Shown here: one piece after another, positions 18,101 to 31,876 of the stretch
Numbering within the stretch: the first letter of the stretch is position 1
Layout: the number at the start of each line of letters is the position of its first letter
Origin: the human T2T-CHM13v2.0 reference genome, Homo sapiens
NCBI RefSeq assembly: GCF_009914755.1
Contig: NC_060935.1
Strand: one strand, 5' to 3'
Length of the DNA: 64,000 nt
Made by a program: the position numbers and the translations under genes
Notes under the pieces: model-generated
The model's input: only the letters and a program-made list of their open reading frames with translations
Told to the model about the DNA's origin: nothing
Databases searched by the model: none

Positions 18101-19510
18101 TGTACTTTTGTTCCTTCATTTGACAAATCTCATCCTCTTTTCCCTCATAAGCTAAAAAATATGCTTCCAATGCATATTTAGTGCTGAATCATTTTGTAGG
18201 TGATAATTACATGAGCCAACTGGTCTGCCTGTCACCTTGGCATAATTGATGGCACCCTCTTCCACTCCCAAGTGCCCTCATTTGCTGATATGGTCACCCA
18301 ATATGTCATACCTAATTTTTCTCTCCTCATCCCCCAACTCCCCATTTCAACTTTAACCGAGTTTATTTTTTAAAGCATAGGATTATATACTAAATGGGAA
18401 AAAATGAAGAAGTCATCTAGTCATATTTCGCACTATGAGGATTCCTTTGACAAAATCCTTCACAAGATTCAGCCTCTCTGAACTTTCTGGCAGCTAATTC
18501 ATTACCTTTTGAGGTGGTATTTTCCACTACTAGGCATCTCTAAGTTTTAAGAAAGGCTTCTTTATCTTCAGCTTTAATTTTATTCTTCTTCCCCAGTCTA
18601 ACACTCTGTTTATAGTTTGGAATTCCTTTCTCAACCACGGGTTTTTGTAATGCCCAGATTAAGCCATCCATTGTATATTACAAACTAACTTCTTTTTAGT
18701 TATCTGAAAAAAAATTAGTTATATATTATCCTTGGGAAAATTGAGAAAATAGTTACTCAAGTCATTTTTTTTGCATTCAGATGAGGAACCTCATTTGAAA
18801 GGCTGCAGGGCTCTATCATTTACTAGCTATATGACCTTGGAAAGTTTATCTCCTTCACGCTGTTTTTCAGTAACAAAATGAAAGTAGAGTACCCCTCTTA
18901 TGGGCTGCTGTGAGAATCAAATAACATATAAAGTTCCTTAGGAACACATACTTTTATCATGTTCACCACTTTATTCTAAGTGCTTACCGCAGGCAGTAGC
19001 AGGTACAGAGTAAGTTCTCAATAAATATCTCTATAAACAATAGAAGTCCTAGCACACTGACTTGCACATAGCACTCAATAAAAGGTAGCTATTACTATTC
19101 TTTCAATCATTCTTCCTATGATCTGGTTTCTAGAATTCTCACTATATTAATCACCCTCTTATGGAAGCTATCTTGTTTACTCAACATTCTTCTTAACACG
19201 TAGTTATAACAATTCAATACTATGTGGTGTATGGAGATTTTGCTTTATTTGAAGATAATTATTTTAAGGAAGTCTAAACAGACAAGCGTCTGCTGGGAAA
19301 AAGCTAGTCTACCTGCTTATATAAAGAGCTGGCACTTACAAAACCCATTAACTTTCTCAAAATACCACCCTTTAAACATTGGGAAATGTATGGTTAAGAG
19401 AACAAAAATAACAGCAAATAAGGAGTGATCAGCCAGGTAAGAGAAGAACCAGGATAGTGCAGTATTATGATGAAAAAAAAAAAAAAAAGTCACTGCAACC
19501 AGTACTTATG

Positions 19511-19516
19511 TTTATT
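19511..19516 (-). terminator. PolyA signal for intronless C11orf71
   Basis: AATAAA on the - strand followed ~23 nt later by a U16 tract (19473-19488). Confidence 0.65.
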
Positions 19517-20378
19517 ACTGTACCTAATAAACAGCCCAGCGTGGTGATTCCTATTCACTTAGTAGCCTCCCCATCTAGAATATACTCCGTGATCTTTCTT
19601 GATGGCCAGACTGTGTAAAATTCATACAGTGTTTACTACAGGGATCCCCAAATATTGTTAGTTGAATGAACAAACACACATTTCAAGGAGGGCACTACAG
19701 TGAGTAGATGAACAGTTTTCTGATAGGAGATTGTACAAGTAATGTTTTCACCAGTGTATTTTAGGACAGCAGATTCAGATTAATGCGCTGGGACTGAATG
19801 CAAATAGTAAAATTACAAATATAAAGTAAAAATTTGGAACCTTTGCCAAAGAAAGGAATAATAAATTGATTTAATAATTTGAAAGAACTGTAAGGTTTAG
19901 GTTTTGTTCTTATTTTTAGTGCGACTGAGATTGGAGTCTGTTTGTAGACATATCTGAAAAAAGTGAAGGGGGAGATGGAAGATGGTAAATGCCAAGGAAA
20001 AGATGGAAGGATAAATCAGTGTAATAAAAAGGAGCACTTCTTTTTCGCCAACAGAAGTAAAGGTAAAGGTTAAGTGTCTGAGTTAACGAATGGATTGTTG
20101 ACCTCTGGGGAGGGTGCTCCCATCAGCTCAGCTTTGTGACGACCTAAGAATATCCCTTCCACACCTTTCCTGATCCAATCGTTCTGGCTGCATAAAACCA
20201 CCTAAATCAATCAACTGTTACACTTCCCTTAGTGCTAGGACATATTCATATAACTCCCACGTATTAAATGAAAATACATCCATCTAAAAATAAAACAACA
20301 CGATTGCTGCTACACCAAGAAAGGATTTTAAAAAGGCCTGTTCACAAGCTAAGTGAGGGCCAGAGGAAAGGTGTTCGT

Positions 20379-20750
20379 TTAAACTGAAATTCGAGCTGCG
20401 ATAACACCTCCTAATGCAATCAAACGCTGTTGCAGCACACTTCTTAGGAGATCGGGTTCAACGGCAGGGATTGGGTAAGGTGAGAATCTGGCTTGGCGGC
20501 TCCGGCCCCGGCCATCTGGTTCCCTTGGGCTCCGGCCGCCACCATCCACTCGACGGCTCTCGGCCCGAACGCTTGGTCGCACCGCCTGCCGAGGTCCTAG
20601 ATGAATCGCTTCAGGCCTGGAAACGAGGAAGCCGTCTCCGGAGACCATCGCCAACGCTGACGCCCGCGGTCTGAGGTCGCCATGGGAAGAGCGGTAGGCC
20701 ACCCTGCTCCTCTGATCACCGGAGGACAGGGACACATTGTTCAGGGCCAT
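20379..20750 (-). CDS. C11orf71: C11orf71 intronless isoform, 123 aa, uncharacterised
   Basis: First ATG at 20750 (ORF track starts at an upstream TTG); [19 protein letters not shown]...AARISV*; CpG-rich, head-to-head with RBM7. Confidence 0.9.
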   Translation of the reverse strand: MALNNVSLSSGDQRSRVAYRSSHGDLRPRASALAMVSGDGFLVSRPEAIHLGPRQAVRPSVRAESRRVDGGGRSPREPDGRGRSRQARFSPYPIPAVEPDLLRSVLQQRLIALGGVIAARISV

Positions 20751-21090
20751 ATTCAAACACTGCCCGCAGTACTTGCGTTACGTCCCTTTGTGAAGGCAGG
20801 CCCTTCGCGGCTCCCCAGATCAGTCCAGCCTGTGTCGGACCCGATGACTAAGCACACAGGAACCCATAACTGAGCCTGCGGAAGAGCCAGAAGCCGCCTT
20901 GCCTTTAACGAGGGGTATCCTGGCGAGCATGCGCAGACCGTCCGCGCACGTCGTCGCCCGCTGAGAGCAAGCGCAACGGGCGTTTTCGTTTGTGACGCCA
21001 GGGAGCGTGAGGACGTGGGGCTTCCGTGAATGCGCAGTGGGTGCGTCGGCCACGACCTTTTGGCCAGGTTAGGGAGGGGGCGACGCTGAG
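20751..21090. promoter_or_regulatory. Bidirectional CpG-island promoter and 5' leaders of C11orf71/RBM7
   Basis: 340 bp between divergent ATGs; NRF1-like GAGCATGCGCA 20925-20935, ETS GCGGAAG 20878-20884, CRE half-site TGACG 20993; no TATA. Confidence 0.85.
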
Positions 21091-21186
21091 ATGGGGGCGG
21101 CGGCGGCGGAAGCGGATCGCACTCTCTTTGTGGGCAACCTTGAAACGAAAGTGACCGAGGAGCTCCTTTTCGAGCTTTTCCACCAG
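21091..21186 (+). CDS. RBM7: RBM7 coding exon 1 (NEXT complex RRM subunit)
   Basis: ATG 21091, MGAAAAEADRTLFVGNLETKVTEELLFELFHQ (RNP2 LFVGNL); donor CAG|GTAAGC; 96 nt. Confidence 0.97.
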
Positions 21187-22116
21187 GTAAGCGGCTGGGT
21201 TCGGCCCTTTGCCTTTCGTTTTCCGTCTCGCCTAGGGCCTGGCCAGCGGCCACCCCGTTTTCTTTTCGTAGCCGTCAGGGGACCCGACGGGTGGCTGTTT
21301 GGGGGTGAAAGGCGGGTCTGGGTTGCGAAACGCTCGCTGGGTGTCGCTTTCCTGGAAGATCTTGGTTCGTTTAGGCCGAAAGTGACGACTAAAGGTGGTG
21401 GAGGGATCCTCGATCAGGTTTCCCGTGGTAGAGATCCAGGGGTCCTTGGGAACACAGTGTGTGTGTAGGGTCTTCGTTGAGCAGTGCTTTTTCTTATCCT
21501 TCCTGTTGTCATCTTCCCCTTAGGATAATTTGTCTTTGGTTTATCTGACTGGGAACTTAATATTTTAATTTATTTGTGTCTGTTTTCCCCTAAAGTTTGC
21601 TTATCAAATTGCAGCATTATTAAAATATGTAAAATAAAATGGTTAAGTACTCCGTAGAAAAACAGCATTTTAGTGTTGCTGTATTAAAAAGTGTGAAAAA
21701 TTCTGAGTATCCTATTCCCCCCATCCCTATCCCCTAATAACTGGTATTGTTTGATTAATCAATACAAAAGTCCGTTTTTAGTTAAAGAAAATCATTCTCT
21801 TGTTCTTGATAAATGTTCATTTTCATGGAGTGGCAAAATAATGGCGATTGGTCACTATGTTAAGCCATACAGTGCTGTGAATTGCAAAAGTGATTGTGTT
21901 TCCAGTTCCTTATGGGCCCCCTTCCCCAAATAAATCTAATGTTCAGTCATAACTAGGATGTTTACTGTAGCCAAAATGGAAATCCGTGCATCATTTTCAA
22001 AAGAAGTTTCTGATTACGTTTCTGTTGTTTTTAAACTTTGTCATATCTTATTTGTAAAATTTGAGTATTTTCCCTTAGTTGCTTTATTTAAATTCTAAAC
22101 ACCTTTTTGTTTGTAG

Positions 22117-22279
22117 GCTGGGCCAGTAATAAAGGTGAAAATTCCAAAAGATAAGGATGGTAAACCAAAGCAGTTTGCGTTTGTGAATTTCAAACATGAA
22201 GTGTCTGTTCCTTATGCAATGAATCTACTTAATGGAATCAAACTTTATGGAAGGCCTATCAAAATTCAATTTAGATCAG
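22117..22279 (+). CDS. RBM7: RBM7 coding exon 2
   Basis: Acceptor ttgtag|GCT; AGPVIKVKIPKDKDGKPKQFAFVNF (RNP1)...IQFRS; donor CAG|GTAACT; 163 nt. Confidence 0.97.
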
Positions 22280-22768
22280 GTAACTGCCCAATGAGGTTCG
22301 GGGGGCATTGTTTCCTGCTGTTTTTAAATTTATTATTCAGTTTTAAAGAACCTCTTATTTGTAGATGAAACTTCTTTCTTAAGCATTGTGAATAGTAAAC
22401 TTTATATAGCAAACTTTATATATCCCTGAAAACGGGTAACATTGACACATGGATTTTGAAATTAGAATTTCAAAACTGAGCTTAAAGTTTCATTTTGGGT
22501 TAGTGAAAAAACATAAACTGTATCACTAAGAGAGCTGGGCTTGGGTACTCTGAAAAGAGCTAGGTTTATTTTCTGAAAATACTTCTCCTGGCTGCTTTGT
22601 AATTACTTTTATATATTTTGGTTCTTGATCATGTGAGGATGAAACTGTCCATGTATCCAGTGTTACAATTTAGGGTGGAGATCAGAAAATTATGGTCAGA
22701 TTGGATATTTATGGAGTGCTTTGTTTTGCTTATCTGATATTATACACTTATAATTTTCACCCCGATGA

Positions 22769-23129
<361 letters not shown>

Positions 23130-23245
23130 TGAGATTTTTCTCTTTTAGATTGTGTTTACCTTTTTGGAGTGATTTCAAGTGGGGAAGACAAAATTTCAAA
23201 TTAGATTTTCTATCAAGAATAATTTTTCAAATTGTTTCATTTTAG

Positions 23246-23333
23246 GAAGTAGTCATGCCCCACAAGATGTCAGTTTGTCATATCCCCAACATCATGTTGG
23301 AAATTCAAGCCCTACCTCCACATCTCCTAGCAG
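23246..23333 (+). CDS. RBM7: RBM7 coding exon 3
   Basis: Acceptor ttttag|GA; GSSHAPQDVSLSYPQHHVGNSSPTSTSPS; donor CAG|GTAATA; 88 nt keeps frame. Confidence 0.95.
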
Positions 23334-25584
23334 GTAATATTTCTCACTTATTGTTAAGATCATTTATCAGGAATTCTTATAGGGAATAGCCTCAAAACAC
23401 ATGAGTAAATAGTCTCCTTCATTATTCTCTTATCTCTTCATTCTGCCGTTATTACTTGCCTTTTGGGGTTGTTGTTATGTATCTATTCTAAGGGGTATAG
23501 AATGTGTCTATTCTATAGACAAACACATTGTATATAGTCCCCTTAGAATAGATACGTATATAACTATTTGTTGATTTGTAGCGACATAACCATACCCACA
23601 TATGTGTACAGTACATGTATACACTTGAAACAAAATTTCTCAAAACATTATTTACCCTCACTACTTGGATTACTATTTCATTTAAAACATTTTAAAATTT
23701 ATTTTACAGTCATTAATTGGTTGTTACTTACAGTTGAAAAATACCAGTTAGTCAACAGTCTATTGGACTAAGAATTCCTAGAATTGGATTCTAGGTCTGC
23801 ATCTATCAATTGTGTAATCTTGAGCTAGTCTCCTTTCTTTAGTCCCGTCTTCCCATGTGTAAGGAAAATAAGTTGAATTAAATGATTTGTAAAATCTCTT
23901 CAGGTACTGAGTATTAGAAAATATCATATTTACTTAAATGATTTTATTTGCTTTGGGGAGGTTCATATTTTACCAGGGACAATTTTTCCCGGTATATCCA
24001 TAAAGCTATTTAACAGTCATTTAAGAAAGATTTAATAAATACCTGCCATATGTCAGGTTCTTCACCATATCTTTTACATATATGATTTCATTTATTCCTC
24101 ACAGCAGTTTTATGAGGGTAGGGATTATTTTTATCTCTACCTCTTATATGAAGGGAAATGAAAAATGGAGGTTAACTTGCTCAGGTTCAGTGGGCTGGGA
24201 TTCAAACCCAGGCAGTGTAGTGTGATTGAGCCCAGCCACTATGATGTATTATCTAGAGGAGCTTAAAGTCTAAATGAAGACACATATTATATATATTTTT
24301 GTGAATACCTGTTCAATTACTGTAATAAGTTCTCTAAAGAAAGAGTACAAAGGGCTTTGAGAAAATTTTAAGAGAAGGAGATGATATAGATGAATGTGGA
24401 ACTGAAAGAAGCCAGTGTACCTAGATCATAATGAATGAAAATGGAGAGCAGTAGGGGATTTTGGTAGATAGGCTGGAGAGGGTCTTTTAAACTATAATCA
24501 GGATTTTGAGATTTTACCCTAAAATGGAGTAGGAAGGCAGTGAAATGTTTTAGGTAGGGTACTGATAGGAACAAGTTTATATTTTAAGAGTTGTTTGGTT
24601 GCAGTGGGAGAATGGATTGGAGGGGGCAAGAGTGAAAATAGAGCAGTGAGGAAGCTTTTGGTAGCAAGGCATTGATGTTGGAAGCTATTGATGGATGAGG
24701 TTGATAGTTTAGATTAAGGTGGTGCCATGAGCTGGAGAGAAGTGGATGGATATGAAGAGATACTAGAAAGTGGAATAGTGAGCCAGCAATAGTGCAAAAA
24801 GTGTACCCTCCCGGTGTTCTTTCTTGCCAGCTGAAATTAATTAACAGTGTTTAAACATTTCTTGGTAAAGTTGGCATTTAAAGCACTTCCAGCCCCTTTA
24901 ATGGAGTCTTCAAAGGCATCCTAGGTAGAGGAAAATAAAAAGTTTTCCCTCTTAGAATTTCTTGGGGAGAAAAAACCAGGTGCAGTGACCCATTCGTATA
25001 GTCCCAGCTACTTGGAAGGCTGTGGTGGGAGGACCACTTGAGGCCTTGAGTTTGGGACTAGCCTAGGCAACATAACAAGGCACTCTCTCTATTTAAAGAA
25101 TTTCTTTGAAAAAAAAAAAGTACAAGTAAATACTTTGGTTTTAATCAAAGGCTAGAGAGTTTATAATTTTTATACTATAAACTAAATTGTACTGCCCCCC
25201 TCAGCATACAGATAATATAACCTGATTTGAAAAAACGCAAAATTAAAAGATCCAAAGTGTAAGACCAGCCAATTGGCTATTTGATTCTAAAGACATTTAA
25301 AAATAATTTAAAACATTTTTAAAGTGAGCTTTTCTGTAGAGCAAGTTATCCCTTTAATAAATAGGGAATAAGGTATAAATCCTCAAAAGTAATATCCTAT
25401 GTATGTTACAGAACTCTTAATTCCTTACCTCCCAAAACCTCTTTCTCTTTTTTGTCTCGGGAAATATCTACCTAATTGCTCAAGCCAAGTCTAGATTTGA
25501 TCCTTTGTTTCTTCCCTCATTCCACATATCCAGTCGATCAAATTCTTTTCATTTTAGTTTTCAATCTAGGTCTTTGCATTAGCT

Positions 25585-25790
25585 CAGGGACTGACAAATT
25601 ATTTCTAGAAAGGACCATATAGTTAATATTTTAGACTTTGCAGAAGATACTGTTTCTGTCTCTGCCATTGTAGCACTAAAGTAGCCATAGATAATACAAA
25701 AACAATGGTGTGGCTATGTTCCAGTAACACTTTGTTTAGGGAAAACTGAATTTGGCAGTTTGGCCCACTGGCTATACTTGCTCACCCCTG
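25585..25790. mobile_element. MER58-type hAT MITE
   Basis: cagggactgacaaatt...ttgctcacccctg terminal inverted repeats. Confidence 0.7.
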
Positions 25791-26126
25791 CACTAGTCCT
25801 TCAGCTGGGAAGTTTTTGCCTCTAGGTAACCTTGGTGTTCAGTTCTAACTACAAATGTCACCTTTTTAGAAAGGCAGTCGCTCACCAGCTAAAAGATAGG
25901 GGAACCTCCTATCTGTTTCACTTCCACTTGATCTTTAATCATACGTTTTATCACTTAAAATCATGAGAAAATATCCTGTTGTCTGTATTCTTATTCTGGC
26001 TGCATGAGAGCAGATACCTTTCCTGTCTTGTTCATTCCGACCTTTGAGAAATGTGTTCTGCTCATGGTTGTTAGTTAGTAAATATTTATTGAATGAATGG
26101 TTACATGTTGGTTTTCTTTTTAGCAG

Positions 26127-26217
26127 GTACGAAAGGACTATGGATAACATGACTTCATCAGCACAGATAATTCAGAGATCTTTCTCTTCTCCAGAAAATT
26201 TTCAGAGACAAGCAGTG
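26127..26217 (+). CDS. RBM7: RBM7 coding exon 4 (alternative start 26124 via NAGNAG)
   Basis: Acceptor tagcag|; RYERTMDNMTSSAQIIQRSFSSPENFQRQAV includes the RxxS136 site; donor GTG|GTAGGT. Confidence 0.95.
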
Positions 26218-27167
26218 GTAGGTTGACTATTTTTCAACTTGAATTGCCAAAAAAAAATCATCCTTAGTTAAAATGTTCGCATTGTATCAAATAACTGGTT
26301 TTTAATTAACTTTGTTAAGTTGGAGGTTTTGTTCCTTTAGTCCTCAAGGCGTAAGTGAACTTTTTAGATAACTTTTTCTCAAATTTTTGTTAGACTAGCA
26401 TGATTTGTAGATTGAGCACTCATTTTAGTTTTCACTGGGCTGAAATATATACTTAAAAGACTGAAGATAAATAGAAGTAAAACTGCTTTTACATTTGTTT
26501 TTCTTTTCAACCATCATTTACTCATTGTCTGATGCTCCTGTACCCTATCCTGAGTGACTTATCATAAACTTGGGTCTTCTAGACCAGTTCCATTTTAAAC
26601 TTAACCTTTTCTTTTTTTGGTGGTGGTAACATCATCATGAGACTAGGCTTAAAATCTTAGCTATCTTTCACTGTTTCATCTTTGTCATCATTTGTTCAAG
26701 TAGGAAGCTGTTGGTAACTATTTGGTGCCTAAATCATGATCTTGACTTGTAGTCCCCAGGCTTTTGTATTTCATAGGTCTGCAAAATGAAATATAGAAGT
26801 CAAAATAAATTTGAGAGACCAGTATAAAGGATGTTAACTTTTATGTACATATTGCCTATTTTTCTAATTGTACCGTAGACTATTAAAATAAAAATGATCA
26901 TATACTAATATTTATCCACAGGCAGAATTTGGGAACCACCGGTCTAGTCAATTATGCCCCCATTTTCCCCTCACTAGTTCATCTTGCACACCATTTCAGA
27001 ATTAATATTACAATTCTGTTTTGCTTATCTTCCTTGCACATTGACTTTCCATTGTTTGTAAGATGAAGTCAGATTCCTCTAGCCCAATTATTAGGGATTC
27101 TTATTGTCTGATTCCAGTAAACCCTGTAGCCTTACCTTTAATTGTTTACTGCTTATTAAGATCTGAA

Positions 27168-27418
<251 letters not shown>

Positions 27419-27862
27419 GAATTACTTGGTATTCTATGAACCTGTTCTGTGTTTCCCTGTTATTTTTGTTTGTGCAATTTCCTTTTCTTGGCATATCTCT
27501 CCCTTAAAATATGAAAATATTCCATCCATTGTTTTAATACCCAGATCATATGCCACCTTCATGAAACCTTTCCTAATGATACTGATCTCCTGATTCTTTG
27601 TTTTTTACACAGTGATTTTGCATTATAGTCATTTTGTGTGACTTATTCTGAGTTGCATTCTTGAGGACAAAGAGTAGTATTTATGTATATATATGTATCT
27701 TGTAGGTATACATTGGAATGATTGAAGCTATTGTACTGCTTTAGTTGTGGATCCATCTAGGCAAGAGTGACTTTATTTTCTTTCATTTTCTGTTAACTGA
27801 CCAAATACATATTAGCTTTGATATCTAGAAGTATTAACATTTCCACTTTTCCTATTCCTCAG

Positions 27863-28225
27863 ATGAACAGTGCTTTGAGACAAATGTCATATGGTGGAAA
27901 ATTTGGTTCTTCACCTCTGGATCAATCAGGATTTTCACCATCAGTTCAATCACACAGTCATAGTTTCAATCAGTCTTCAAGCTCCCAGTGGCGCCAAGGT
28001 ACACCATCATCACAGCGTAAAGTCAGAATGAATTCTTATCCCTACCTAGCAGATAGACATTATAGCCGGGAACAGCGTTACACTGATCATGGGTCTGACC
28101 ATCATTACAGAGGAAAGAGAGATGATTTCTTCTATGAAGACAGGAATCATGATGACTGGAGCCATGACTATGATAACAGAAGAGACAGTAGTAGAGATGG
28201 AAAATGGCGCTCATCTCGACACTAA
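27863..28225 (+). CDS. RBM7: RBM7 coding exon 5 to stop
   Basis: Acceptor ctcag|ATG; MNSALRQ...WRSSRH*; exon sum 96+163+88+91+363=801 nt = 266 aa. Confidence 0.96.
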   Translation: MNSALRQMSYGGKFGSSPLDQSGFSPSVQSHSHSFNQSSSSQWRQGTPSSQRKVRMNSYPYLADRHYSREQRYTDHGSDHHYRGKRDDFFYEDRNHDDWSHDYDNRRDSSRDGKWRSSRH

Positions 28226-29775
28226 CACATGTTAAAAGGACATTGTTTTTATAGGGTCATTTTAGGCCCTTTGACTAAGTTGATATGGAAATATTTTGTT
28301 GAAAAACTGTACAGAGCAGCTTTACAAGTTGTCACATTTCTTTATAAATTTTTTTAAAGCTACAGTTTAATACAAAATGAATTGCGGTTTTATTACATTA
28401 ATAACCTTTCACCTCAGGGTTTTATGAAGAGGAAAGGGTTTTATGCAAAAGAAAGTGCTACAATTCCTAATCATTTTAGACACTTTAGGAGGGGGTGAAG
28501 TTGTATGATAAAGCAGATATTTTAATTATTTGTTATCTTTTTGTATTGCAAGAAATTTCTTGCTAGTGAATCAAGAAAACATCCAGGTTGACAGTCTAAA
28601 ATGGCTACTGGTATTTTAGTTAATTCAAAAATGAAACTTTTCAGTGATTCACTTTACTAACATTCTATTTGAGAAGGCTTATTGGTAAAGTTTGGGGATA
28701 AAGGCATTGCTTAACTTCTTATATAATTTAGGTATAAATTCTGTGACATGCTCTTGAGCTTTACCCTAGTTGAACATACATGTGTAGATTTACACATACT
28801 GTTTCATTCTAAAATTTAGAAATTGTTCATTAAATCCCATTTGAGGTATAAGTCACTCAGGAAGTTAAAATATCTCTACACGTATATTTTTACATTAAAA
28901 ATACAGTGTTAGCATAAATCCCCTTTTCAGGAAGAACAAAAATGTCAGTGCATAGTTAGATAAAATGGTAAAATGTTTTACTGAAAGCATACTTTTTTGG
29001 AAAATAGATTCATGAAGCCTTTAAGTGCTGCTTCTGTCAGTCAAACGTTAAAAACTTTAACATTTTCAAAGTGCCCAGACTGTGTACAAAGACACATGTA
29101 ATGGAGATTGTACAGGTTGTTTTTTTGTTTGAACCTTTGAAAGAGTTTAATCTTAACGTTTTCTAATTTTAAAATTTTAAAATCTTGTTTAACAAAAGCT
29201 TGTATTAAGATACTGTTTTCATTTCATTACAGAATTGTTTATAAAAGTTCATTTGTTGAAAAATAAGGATCCTTTTTAATACCACAGCATTTGTACTGTT
29301 CCTTTTTAATATACTGAAAATATAAAAGGAAGGGTGTGTGTTATTTTTTTTTTTTTATGTCACTGACTTCAGAGACATTGTACACAAAGAATTAACATAC
29401 TTTTATTCACTGATTGCCTGCTGTTTAGAATATCAGTTCTTTAATTTTGAGCATCCTGAAATACATCTTTTGTACATATAGAGCATGATGTTTCACAATC
29501 AGATTTTCAGTGACCCCTCGATTATAGCTTGGAGTACTTTAGTTACCCTCAGTGGTCTCTAGGAGTTAAAGTACACTTAGATTTCCTGTTTATAAATGAA
29601 TTCAGTTTTTCTGTTTCTAAGTAAATGTAGCTATTCAACTACTCACTATAGAATTAAGATAAACAATTTGTTTGCTTAAGCATTTTCACAGAATTTGTTT
29701 CCAATGAGATTATTATTTTTGGGTATCTTATCCATATGAAAACTTAGTAGGTTTGTAGATGTTAACGAAGATTAA

Positions 29776-30138
<363 letters not shown>

Positions 30139-30334
30139 TAACAGATGACCCTGACTCAGAATAATCTTTTTCAATGGCTTTTTGAGGGAAGCTTGTGAAG
30201 TTCTGGTGAATCTTCTTTTTCACTTCACTTTCAGTGAGCTGAAAGTAACCAAACTAAATACATGTATTGTGTAAAGGGACAGGACAAGACAGCCTTAAAA
30301 AATTGAATATAGTTGGTGAGACAACTCAGAAGTA

Positions 30335-30541
30335 CAGGTTTGAGCATCCCTTATTCAAAATGCTTGAGAAGTGTTTTGGGTTCTGGAATATTTGCATTAA
30401 TGCTTGCCAGTTGAGCATCCCAGGTCCGGAAATCCACAGTGCTCCAATGAGCCTTTCCCCTGAGTGTCACATCTGTATTGGCACTCAAAAAGTTTCATAT
30501 TTTGGAGCATTTCAGATTTCAGATTTGGGATGCTTCATCTA
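30335..30541. mobile_element. Tigger4a/MER46-type MITE
   Basis: ta-caggtttgagcatccc...gggatgcttcatcta termini. Confidence 0.75.
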
Positions 30542-31002
30542 TATTGACAGCTGCAAGAACAGAAAGGAAGAAGAGATTATTTTTGTGGGAGAACAGTTTC
30601 TCCCATAGTGTTTCCTGTGGAATGCTAGTGTCTCATAAAGTCTTCTAAAAAAAAGAAAAAAAAAATCAAATGTTTGGAAGCCATTTTGTGTTACTGTGTG
30701 ACTTTCTTTTACTCAAAAACAGCACCATAAAATTTCTGACAAGTACTATAGGTAAAGAAATCCCTTTATACTTAACCTAGTATTTTCTACCTTTCCCCAT
30801 CTAAAATAAAATTTTTATACCACTTTCTAATTATGTTGTGTGTGCCCACTTTCCCCATACCTACTGCTACCATCTTAGAGTAGGCAATTTTCTCAAGAGG
30901 ATTATTCCAAGAACACCCTAATGTTTTCCTGCTTCCAGTCTTCTTTCCTCAAATTTATTCCACACTCTTAAGAATTGAAGATGTAAATCTGTCACTCGCC
31001 TG

Positions 31003-31008
31003 AATAAA
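31003..31008 (+). terminator. Candidate distal RBM7 polyA signal (others: ATTAAA 28894, AATAAA 30805)
   Basis: AATAAA hexamers downstream of an AT-rich 3'UTR. Confidence 0.5.
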
Positions 31009-31569
31009 GCTTCAGTGGCCTCTGACTTAAGTACAAAATTCTCAACTTAATATGACCCCTATTTGGCATGTGCTACTTCAGTCTCCTCTGATGACTTCCC
31101 CACTTTAGTTCTCATAGTAACTGCCCTTCACTGCTCAATCTATGCATTACTTCCTCTAGAAAGCCTTTCCAGAGCTCTGAAATCCAGATTCAGTGCCAAG
31201 TTATGTATTCCCCAAATATCTTTTTCTTTTATCATAGCCTTTAGACTGTATTATAATTTTCTTTTTACTTGTCTGTCTCTGTAGACAGCTCTATGAAGAC
31301 AGACCTTATCTTATTCATCACTGCATTCCCAGGATCCAGTGCCTGGCATATATTTAACAGTGAAACTTTTTGATGAAAGGAAGAACGTCTGTTAATTGAA
31401 TAAGGAAAAGGAGGATTCAACACATAAAACTTTGAATAGGCTCTCTAAACCTAAAACATTGCATCCTGAGAATTACATGTCACAGTACATGTATTCTAGA
31501 ATTCTATTTGTTCATTTTGTCAAACTTCAAAAAGTTTTGGATCTGTATTCATGAATAATGTGTGACTTT

Positions 31570-31876
31570 GTTTTTATTTTATTTTAATTTATTTATGGCA
31601 GAGCCTCACTCTGTCACCCAGGCTGGAGTAGAGTGGCACAATCTCAGCTCACTGCTACCTCCGCCTCCTGGGTTCCAGTGATTCTCTCACCTCAGCCTCC
31701 CGAGTAGCTGGAATTACAGGCACCCACCACCACGCCTGGCTAATTTTTGTATTTGTAATAGAGACGGGTTTTCCCCATGTTGGCCATGCTGGTCTTGAAC
31801 TCCCAACCTCAGGTGATCTGCCTGACTCGGCCTCCCAAAGTGCTGGGATTACAGGCATGAGTCACTGTACCAGCCT
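31570..31876 (-). mobile_element. AluS
   Basis: Alu consensus. Confidence 0.9.

Noticed and set aside
20753-21253. 166-aa antisense ORF and other overlapping ORFs at the RBM7 promoter
   Set aside because: Non-ATG starts; stop-codon scarcity is expected in a CpG island
22454-22475. 10-bp perfect inverted repeat TTTTGAAATT-AG-AATTTCAAAA
   Set aside because: Short and AT-rich; expected by chance
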